NCBI GenBank assembly: GCA_046052625.1
Contig: JBJOMA010000294.1
Span: forward strand, 1 to 33,226
Reading direction: 5' to 3'
Source of the DNA: Bacteroidota bacterium
GTDB taxonomy: Bacteria > Bacteroidota > Bacteroidia > AKYH767-A > 2013-40CM-41-45
DNA length: 33,226 nt
The notes beneath the pieces are model-generated. The model saw nothing but the letters and a program-made list of their open reading frames with translations, had not been told where the DNA came from and did no database searches. Numbering within the stretch: position 1 is the first letter of the stretch; each line of letters starts with the position of its first letter. Below, in pieces: positions 26,218 to 32,927 of this stretch. The translations under genes were made by a program, and so were the position numbers.

Positions 26218-26637
26218 TCAATGTAAATGGCATCGGCCGCTGGCATTATTCGTCTTGTTCCTGCATCGTGTCCCCTTTTTCGTCGTACCTGTACATTGGG
26301 TGGCAACAGATCCGGATTTCGTTCGTGTGGAATTGCCGTCGCAACAATCATGGCCCACCTTCCTATCATGCACTTTACAGAAACAGCTGTTCGACTTGCT
26401 TCGGTTGCACTTCATACAAAGCAACTGGACATTGGAAGCATCGCTGCTGCCGCCACAGGAAAAAGGCATTATATGATCATATTCCAGATTGTCTGAGCTA
26501 CCGCAACATTGACAGGCTCCTCCATCTCTTGAAAAGACGATGCTTTTTGTCGTTTGCGAGATGTGTCGGTTCTGCGAAAAACAACTGAGGCTGATTAAAC
26601 CCAGCGACAGAAACAATAACAATCCTTTCATTTTCAT
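26218..26637 (-). CDS. HNH endonuclease with an N-terminal signal peptide and a Cys/His-rich C-terminal tail
   Basis: - Signal peptide MKMKGLLLFLSLGLISLSCFSQ (possible lipoprotein Cys19, non-canonical lipobox).
- HNH core: CQCCGSSDNLEYDHIMPFSCGGSSDASNVQLLCMKCNRSK (CxxC...DH...N...CxxC-N).
- Tail: QCTGTTKKGTRCRNKTNNASGRCHLH. Confidence 0.75.
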   Translation of the reverse strand: MKMKGLLLFLSLGLISLSCFSQNRHISQTTKSIVFSRDGGACQCCGSSDNLEYDHIMPFSCGGSSDASNVQLLCMKCNRSKSNSCFCKVHDRKVGHDCCDGNSTRTKSGSVATQCTGTTKKGTRCRNKTNNASGRCHLH

Positions 26638-26821
26638 GACCGGCTCGATTACCGATGAAAAGCTACAAAATTGTGTGACTCAATGCTTACAGTGATTGAC
26701 TGTTTATTAAACTATTTGGCGATTGCCTGTTCAGCCGAGCGGGATCTGAGCCACCGAAAAAACATAAGAAGTACATCTCCCAAAAACTAGCATGAAAACT
26801 GTTTTCGCTTGTAATCATTTT

Positions 26822-27283
26822 CTATCGCAACAGGTCCCAACGCTCCAAATATTTTCCTGACTTGTCGCTAAATTGTCGCATCGCTGTATCCTTGTGCGCT
26901 TGTCCTTTTTTACCCGGTGTAGCAAGCCATTTTTGATGGCCGGCTTTTACATGTTTCGCAACTTCTTTGCTGGGCACAATAAAATACGATGGTCTTTCAT
27001 CTATTTTATTAAACGCCACAAAAACATAAAACATGTTTTCATGTTGTAAATTTTCTGCCTTTTGTCCGACCGGCCATTTCCGGCTTGAATATTGGCTTGT
27101 CTTTACTTGTATCGCGAATATTTTTTTGTCCACCAAGCTGGAAGCATGAATATCAATGCTTTCATTGTTCCTTAAAGTTATTGATGCCATATATCCTCTT
27201 CTTGACAATTCACCTGCAACAAAATATTCTCCGGCTATTCCTGTTATTCCTTTTGATAACTTACTCGCAATATTTTTTCTCAT
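26822..27283 (-). CDS. Minimal PD-(D/E)xK nuclease-fold protein (Hjc/Mrr-like core)
   Basis: GIAGEYFVAGELSRRGYMASI...ESIDIHAS...IFAIQVKTS matches the helix-Glu, Asp, then (E/Q)xK arrangement of restriction-endonuclease-like folds. Markedly AT-rich gene. No partner domain. Confidence 0.55.
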   Translation of the reverse strand: MRKNIASKLSKGITGIAGEYFVAGELSRRGYMASITLRNNESIDIHASSLVDKKIFAIQVKTSQYSSRKWPVGQKAENLQHENMFYVFVAFNKIDERPSYFIVPSKEVAKHVKAGHQKWLATPGKKGQAHKDTAMRQFSDKSGKYLERWDLLR

Positions 27284-27523
27284 GGCACTGTCTTATTAAC
27301 GTATTCCTGCTGCGCTGGATTTAAAATCCGACACAGCCCGCAGACTGTCAATTTTGAAAAATAAATAAATGGCCGTAAACATCGTAATCAGAGGGTCAGC
27401 AGTTCAGGAATCCACGTGTTAAATCGAAGCTAGCCGTCCGGTTTTTAAAAAACCAGAAAAAGGACAAGGGCCTCTATAATCCGGCCAAACTTCTTGACTG
27501 GCTTTCCATGTCAGGTTAGCGGG

Positions 27524-30037
27524 TCACTTGATATGAACAATCCTGCTTTTATACACGTTACGGCCGGACTTCAAAATGAGTAAATAGATTCCATCATCAA
27601 GCGATTCGCAGCTTAGCTGGACAGATTCCTTCCCTGCATCATCACAACACATGATGCCGTTTGTCGGCGATCCCGATCGTTCACAAGATGTGCTGCTACT
27701 TGTCGAGATATTCATCCTCTTTCCTTCCAGAGAGTAGACTTCCACTTCGACCGCCGATTGTTCTTTCAAGATATATGATACCGTGAGGGTATTCCTGAAA
27801 GGGTTCGGGGAAAGTGAGACATCATAAAAAACGATTTGTGATTCCGGATTGGTTGCGTCCAAAGGCCTTAACACAGGTCCGTTCTCACACGCCTTGGTGA
27901 CCAAATTTGATGAGGCGCTGTAGGTATAACCGGCATTTGTCACATTCGTCACTTCATAACACCACTGGACAGCCGGATTCTTTATAGAAGCTGAATTCAG
28001 GATCACTTGGCCGTTCGCATCTGTTGTTCCTGAAACTGTCCCTGTAGTGGGGCCCGTGAACAGTCCGGTAACAATTGCACCTGAAACAGCCGCACCGACA
28101 CCGTTTACTATCCTCACCGTTGCAACGCCCTTATACTTTCCTGCTCCGGCAGCGGCACGTGTAACAGTCAGACTGTTAACATACATTACATTACCTCCTG
28201 TTCCTCCTGACTGTGTGATGGCAGAAGCTACGTTAGACGGTGTCGAATTTCCACCTGTATTGAACGCGATGACACGGTAGTAATACGTCGTAGAAGCGCT
28301 GAGGCCGTTGTCCAAGTAGGTTACCGCATTTAGGCCCACAGAAGCCAGAGGGCTGAAGTGCATTCCATCGGCGGACCGCTCAATATTGAATCCGGTTTCA
28401 TTGGATGAGTTGTCAGTCCACGAAAGGCTGATCGAAGTGCTCGAAGCAGCTGTGGCCGTAAGACTTGTCGGAGCCGGAAGGGTGGCGCCGCCAGCGAGTA
28501 CATAGTAATCGGAATAAGGAGTCGCCAGGTCGCCATCAGCCGGGAACGAAGGAGGACCCTGACCCCCGATTACATTCATCCAACCCATGGCGCCTTGGTC
28601 TTCGTGGTCAAGAAGATGGCAATGCATCATGCCCATGCCTGAATAAGGAGTTGATGTGGCGACATTGAGATCGAAACGAGCGGTGCCTGTTGCTGTCAAC
28701 ACATCATAATATTCACCGGCCTCATAACTGCCGGAAGAAGTCTGTACCTGCAGATGAAATGTATGCAGATGGAAAGGATGGTTCGAGTTTCCGGATAAGT
28801 TCCATTCCTGGATCTGGTTCGCCTGCAACGTGAAATTAGGCGTACTCGGGTTGAATTTGTTCCCATTGATTGTGCGTGCGCCCATGGAAACCGATTCAAG
28901 ATGTACCGGGCCAACTCCTCGGAGGTCTCTTAGATAATTCGGACGTATTGCCGACCATGTAGAGACGCCGTCGGACGCAAAAGGATTGGGTCCCGTATTC
29001 GGTGTGCCCGACGCTATGATACCGGCCGCTACGCCCCCGTCAACACTGAAGGTTGAATTACCGGTTATACGTATGGCCACATCCACGCGGGAAGCTCCTG
29101 TAATAACGATGCTGTTGGATGTAAGGGCCTTGGGTGCGACCGTACGCCAGACCCCATCGCGAGCCAGAAGCATTACCTGGCAACCGGCACCCCAAGAAAG
29201 CGTGACAGAGCCGTCGCTGCGATTGGCTGCCAGGATGCGCCAATGCTGCCAGGTGTTGGCGGGCATGCAGATGTTTCCGTTCACAATACCGTTCACTGTC
29301 CAGGTAGGATTCAATGATCCGCTCAGCAGTACATCACCGCCGGTCCCCGCTGCTGCTTTATCCAGATACCCTACCACCAATTGCTTTTCGGGCATGGCAG
29401 CCACATTCGCCGGAATACCGTCATTGGCATCATCGACTATCAGCATCCCGAAAAGTCCTCCAGATATCTGTAGAAAACTGGACCCGTGGTGATGGGCGTG
29501 GTACCAGAATGTGCCTCCCATATGATTGGCAGGGATGTCCCAAACGAAATCCCCGCCGCGACCTCCTTCAAAAGCACGCATGGTATTGTCACCCGGTGTT
29601 TCACCTGAAATGTGCAATCCGTGTGTGTGAATGTTTGTGGCATTGGGGTCTTTGTAAACGTTCAGGCTTGTATTCAGTGCGGCGAAAGGCAGTGTGTTTT
29701 GCAGTTGAAGCACATACTTGTTGCCGGGTACCACTTTGATGGTCGGTCCCGGAATGCTGTAACTCCCACCCTGCTGACGATATGCTCTCGTGGTGAGTGT
29801 CTGACCGTTGTTCAGTGTGAACGTAGCCTGACCGACTTCCAGTACGCCACTGTAGTAGGCTACGGGATTGTTCGCCGTGACGGGATGATAGGTCCAGGTG
29901 AACTGTTGCGGATCTTGCACCGCATTAGGCCCGGTACATTGGCTATAAGCGTCCTCACAAAAAAGCGCCATTGCAATTAACACGGGAAATATTCTCCAAA
30001 CGGAGATGACAAGGATGGCACTTTGTTTTTTATTCAT
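27524..30037 (-). CDS. Three-domain multicopper oxidase (laccase-like) fused to FN3, a beta-sandwich domain and a T9SS C-terminal domain
   Basis: - Signal peptide.
- Four copper-ligand motifs: HTHGLH, WYHAHHH, HPFHLHTFH, HCHLLDHEDQGAM.
- FN3: SISLSWTDNSSNETGFNIERS...YYYRVIAFN.
- CTD: LSPNPFRNTLTVSY...DGIYLLIL. Confidence 0.9.
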   Translation of the reverse strand: MNKKQSAILVISVWRIFPVLIAMALFCEDAYSQCTGPNAVQDPQQFTWTYHPVTANNPVAYYSGVLEVGQATFTLNNGQTLTTRAYRQQGGSYSIPGPTIKVVPGNKYVLQLQNTLPFAALNTSLNVYKDPNATNIHTHGLHISGETPGDNTMRAFEGGRGGDFVWDIPANHMGGTFWYHAHHHGSSFLQISGGLFGMLIVDDANDGIPANVAAMPEKQLVVGYLDKAAAGTGGDVLLSGSLNPTWTVNGIVNGNICMPANTWQHWRILAANRSDGSVTLSWGAGCQVMLLARDGVWRTVAPKALTSNSIVITGASRVDVAIRITGNSTFSVDGGVAAGIIASGTPNTGPNPFASDGVSTWSAIRPNYLRDLRGVGPVHLESVSMGARTINGNKFNPSTPNFTLQANQIQEWNLSGNSNHPFHLHTFHLQVQTSSGSYEAGEYYDVLTATGTARFDLNVATSTPYSGMGMMHCHLLDHEDQGAMGWMNVIGGQGPPSFPADGDLATPYSDYYVLAGGATLPAPTSLTATAASSTSISLSWTDNSSNETGFNIERSADGMHFSPLASVGLNAVTYLDNGLSASTTYYYRVIAFNTGGNSTPSNVASAITQSGGTGGNVMYVNSLTVTRAAAGAGKYKGVATVRIVNGVGAAVSGAIVTGLFTGPTTGTVSGTTDANGQVILNSASIKNPAVQWCYEVTNVTNAGYTYSASSNLVTKACENGPVLRPLDATNPESQIVFYDVSLSPNPFRNTLTVSYILKEQSAVEVEVYSLEGKRMNISTSSSTSCERSGSPTNGIMCCDDAGKESVQLSCESLDDGIYLLILKSGRNVYKSRIVHIK

Positions 30038-31125
30038 TCAACTATCAATTTAGGTTCGTAAATCATCTGTCGAAACCCGGTCATGCTAAAGACATAGTAA
30101 CATGCTTTTCGAGTATTCCGGAGATCCGTACCGGGGTTAACTTTCATACGGATTGGGAATCTCGAAAAATCGGACATGGCTACTGGCCTGGCCGTACTTT
30201 TTACAAGACTTAATATAAACTGAACAGACTTAAAAGGCAATTGTTTGTATGTTTTTAGCCGATTTTAGTGGCATAATCAGTGGAAAATGGGAACATACCA
30301 CTAGACAGGCAACTCCGTCAGGCGGAAGAAAATACCGCATAGTGGAAAGTCAAAATTTCAACGAGTCGCTAATGCAATATTCTTTCAGGGCTGTTATTGA
30401 CTGCTGTGGGGGATTTGCAATTCTTCCTCTTTTCCCTTGCCGGCTGCTTCGGACCGCCGCATAAAGACTGGTGTATTTTAGTGTGAAAGATACAGCACAT
30501 TTCGTGAATTGATTTTTCCGCGACTTCTTTTGAAATTTCTGAAGTTCATCTCTTAGTCAATTCCGTTAAGGCTTCCACTTCTTACTCAATAAAACTAATA
30601 AGGAAATTTTAAAACATTCATTTTTGTTCCATTTTTGCCGGCGCTTTATACAACGGGCACGTCACTTTAACCTGATCGGTATTTGAAACGTGTGTATCCC
30701 GTATCGTTGTCTTTATGCTATGGCGACCTGACAACTTTGGGATACAATGTAATTCCGTTACGCATTACGTCTGCCGGCAAATGTTTTGAAAAATAATGTA
30801 TCAAGCCATGGAATGTAAACCGCTTCCGTATGAAGCGACACCGTACAGTTCGCTGATAAAATTAATGTACGCACTGTAGGATCTTTTTTCCAAAACAATG
30901 GAAAAACCTTTGGCCAAAAGAAAAACGAACGTAGTATTTGTGGAAATTACAAAGGAGCCCTTGCGAGCCTCCTTTGAATGCCTGTCGACACTAAACTTCT
31001 TACGAAGCACACAGCATCATAGAGACGCTGATCTGCAACTTTCGTGTAGGCACTGTCATGTGTAGTGCTGCAAGAATGCAATTCTGACATTCTAATATCA
31101 ATTGATTTCTTTAGGTGCAGGTAGA

Positions 31126-31218
31126 ATGTAACCCCTTCCTAAATCTCATTGTTTATACTGGTTCATTAAACTTAAGGGTTTTATTTTTTAGCAGTCCGAG
31201 ATTTAGGAGGGGTTACAT
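31126..31218. repeat. Long imperfect palindrome (about 21-bp arms, about 50-nt spacer)
   Basis: Left arm ATGTAACCCCTTCCTAAATCTC (31126..31147). Right arm GAGATTTAGGAGGGGTTACAT (31198..31218). The arms are reverse complements apart from one extra T in the left arm. Confidence 0.8.
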
Positions 31219-31219
31219 C

Positions 31220-31396
31220 TGGCAAAAGATTCATTACATCCATCAAAATCCCGTGAAGGCGAAATTTGTTCACCGGGAGGAGGATTATCTGTTCAGCTCA
31301 GCCAGGAATTATCACGGCTTACCATCGGTGATAGACGTGGAATGTATCACTCCACCTGTGATTACAGTGGGAAGTCCTGGCTTTTATAAGGGCTGA
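31220..31396 (+). pseudogene. C-terminal remnant of a REP-associated / IS200-like Y1 tyrosine transposase (RAYT family)
   Basis: WQKIHYIHQNPVKAKFVHREEDYLFSSARNYHG matches the conserved C-terminal YIHxNPVxAGxV...YxYSSA block of Bacteroidota Y1 transposase-like proteins. The catalytic N-terminal part (HUH and Tyr region) is absent. The track ORF (from GTG 31115) reads through the palindrome with no family resemblance. Confidence 0.6.
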
Positions 31397-31404
31397 ATGG
31401 GGTG

Positions 31405-31437
31405 CCGCTATGCGGTATTTAAAATCCCTCATAGCGG
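31405..31437. repeat. Stem-loop (8-bp stem)
   Basis: CCGCTATG (31405..31412) pairs with CATAGCGG (31430..31437). Confidence 0.6.
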
Positions 31438-31445
31438 TAAAATCA

Positions 31446-31472
31446 CTATTCAGGATTAAAAATCCTGAATAG
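31446..31472. repeat. Stem-loop (12-bp perfect stem, 3-nt loop)
   Basis: CTATTCAGGATT (31446..31457) pairs with AATCCTGAATAG (31461..31472). Confidence 0.7.
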
Positions 31473-31477
31473 CAAAA

Positions 31478-31500
31478 AAGGAGGCCTTTAGAGCCTCCTT
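31478..31500 (-). terminator. Rho-independent terminator of atpG (end of the atp operon segment)
   Basis: AAGGAGGC (31478..31485) pairs with GCCTCCTT (31493..31500). On the minus strand it is followed by TTTTTTGC. The plus strand also has an A/T-run arrangement. Confidence 0.75.
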
Positions 31501-31523
31501 CTAAAAAAAATATACGGTATCAA

Positions 31524-32411
31524 TTATCCGTTCAATGCCTCCGCACCGGCAACGATCTCCAGGATCTCTCCGGTGATGGCCGCCTGACGAGCCTTGTTGT
31601 ACGACAAGCGAAGATCGCGCAGCAGTACACCGGCATTGTCCGTTGCCTTGTTCATCGCCGTCATCCGAGCACCGTGCTCGGAAGCATTTGAATCGAGCAG
31701 CGCCTTGTATAACTGGACCTTGATGGATTTCGGGATGAGCTCCAACACGAGCTCTTCTTTGGCCGGCTCGAATACGTAATCGTTCGCAGTCTTCTTATCA
31801 CCTGCAGCAGCGGCCGGCGGAACGATCGGAAGCATCTGCTCCACCATCACGTTCTGTACCGCAGCATTCTTGAACTGGTTGTACACCAACACGACTTTAT
31901 CATACGCTCCACCCTTGAATTCGGCCATGATTTTCTCGGCAATGGCGGCGGCATTGTCGAACGTGAGCAGGGCATACACGTCGTTATGCTGACCTGCAAA
32001 CACATTGCCCTTTGCACGGGAGAAGAAGTCGGAAGCCTTCTTGCCGATGCACAACACCTTGACATTTCCGTTGGCAGCCTGCGATGCGTAATCCTCGCGC
32101 AGCAGACGGTTGACCGTACGGATGACGTTGGCATTGAATGCGCCGCACAAGCCACGGTTGGAGTTGATGGCGACCAACAGGACCTTCTGCACAGGACGAA
32201 CCTTGGCGAAGTCGCCGCCGGTGCTGCTGTCCAACGTACCGGAGATGTTCTCCATGATCTCACGGAGCTTGCCGGCATACGGACGCATCATCATGATCGC
32301 ATCCTGCGCACGGCGCAGCTTCGCTGCACTCACCATCTTCATCGCCTTGGTAATCTGTTGCGTGGAGATGACCGAGGAGATGCGGTTACGGACTTCTTTT
32401 AGATTTGCCAT
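31524..32411 (-). CDS. atpG: F1Fo ATP synthase gamma subunit
   Basis: MANLKEVRNRISSVISTQQITKAMKMVSAAKLRRAQ N-terminus and C-terminal LSYNKARQAAITGEILEIVAGAEAL, both diagnostic of AtpG. Confidence 0.95.
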   Translation of the reverse strand: MANLKEVRNRISSVISTQQITKAMKMVSAAKLRRAQDAIMMMRPYAGKLREIMENISGTLDSSTGGDFAKVRPVQKVLLVAINSNRGLCGAFNANVIRTVNRLLREDYASQAANGNVKVLCIGKKASDFFSRAKGNVFAGQHNDVYALLTFDNAAAIAEKIMAEFKGGAYDKVVLVYNQFKNAAVQNVMVEQMLPIVPPAAAAGDKKTANDYVFEPAKEELVLELIPKSIKVQLYKALLDSNASEHGARMTAMNKATDNAGVLLRDLRLSYNKARQAAITGEILEIVAGAEALNG

Positions 32412-32415
32412 GGCG

Positions 32416-32494
32416 TTTTAATTAAGAATGCAGATTTCAGAATGTAGAATGGAATGCGAAGTATTCTGCATTCTTCACTTTGCATTCTGCATTA
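32416..32494. repeat. Heptamer-phased palindromic repeat, copy L (between atpG start and the four-helix-bundle gene stop)
   Basis: - Starts TTTTAATTAAGAATGCAGA.
- Forward 7-mers: AGAATGC AGATTTC AGAATGT AGAATGG.
- Inverted 7-mers: TGCATTC ... TGCATTC TGCATTA, in the same 7-bp phase.
- The right arm overlaps the last 6 codons of the 127-aa ORF. Confidence 0.85.
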
Positions 32495-32858
32495 AATTAC
32501 CTGCTGATTGATTATTGTTTCGCTTTGCACTGTTGATGATCGACACCAGTAATCGTATCAATTCATCCAACCCCTCTATCATTCCCTGCGGAATTTTCTG
32601 GACTTTCCGGTCAATCAGCATAAACCAGTAGTCCGTCTCCTCCGCTTCCTTCAACGCGATATTCATTTTATGAATGAAATCGGCTTTGCTCTGTGCCCGC
32701 TGTGCCTCCCTGATGTTGGCACCGATACTCGTGCCGCTTCTGCAAACCTGGCCGGCAAGAACAAACTGCCTTGTTTCATTCAACTCCCTCACTACGTCCA
32801 GCACTTGCAATGCAAAACTGAACGACTTCTCCAGCACCGGGTTCTTTTCCTGCTTCAC
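32475..32858 (-). CDS. Four-helix-bundle protein (23S rRNA intervening-sequence protein / Avd-like family)
   Basis: QVCRSGTSIGANIREAQRAQSKADFIHKMNIALKEAEETDYWFMLI is the signature core of this family. GTG start at 32858 (an internal GTG eight codons later is also possible). Confidence 0.85.
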   Translation of the reverse strand: MKQEKNPVLEKSFSFALQVLDVVRELNETRQFVLAGQVCRSGTSIGANIREAQRAQSKADFIHKMNIALKEAEETDYWFMLIDRKVQKIPQGMIEGLDELIRLLVSIINSAKRNNNQSAGNLMQNAK

Positions 32859-32927
32859 TGGTCTTCTGTTTTTGAAGACCCTAACTTCTATCTATCATCC
32901 GGGATTCAGAACCCCTTAAATGCCGGA

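Noticed and set aside
25988-26476. 162-aa plus-strand ORF spanning both the 84-aa ORF and the HNH gene on the opposite strand.
   Set aside because: It crosses the intergenic gap of two minus-strand genes. The HNH motif on the minus strand is unambiguous. The plus-strand translation is hydrophobic low-complexity sequence without features. It cannot be excluded as a real antisense gene without expression data.
25741-27409. Shared 11-mer GCAGTTCAGGA at 25741 and 27399, considered as possible island direct repeats.
   Set aside because: An 11-nt match is expected many times by chance in a 33-kb window. The positions also do not bracket the compositional boundaries.
30041-30060. GGTTCG string reminiscent of a tRNA T-arm.
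   Set aside because: The surrounding sequence cannot form an acceptor stem or the rest of a cloverleaf. No tRNA was recognised anywhere in the window.
30034-30240. 68-aa minus-strand ORF whose TGA overlaps the multicopper oxidase ATG (ATGA overlap), which would suggest a coupled upstream ORF.
   Set aside because: It starts at a TTG, lies in AT-rich DNA where stop-free runs are less informative, and has no motif or signal peptide. The 4-nt overlap alone is weak evidence. It is worth a look only if ribosome profiling or conservation supports it.
30249-31010. Short ORFs 30249..30464 (+) and 30801..31010 (-) in the ORF-poor region.
   Set aside because: They have no recognisable motifs and odd composition, and nothing in the sequence marks them as coding. 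I treated them as non-coding or decayed sequence.
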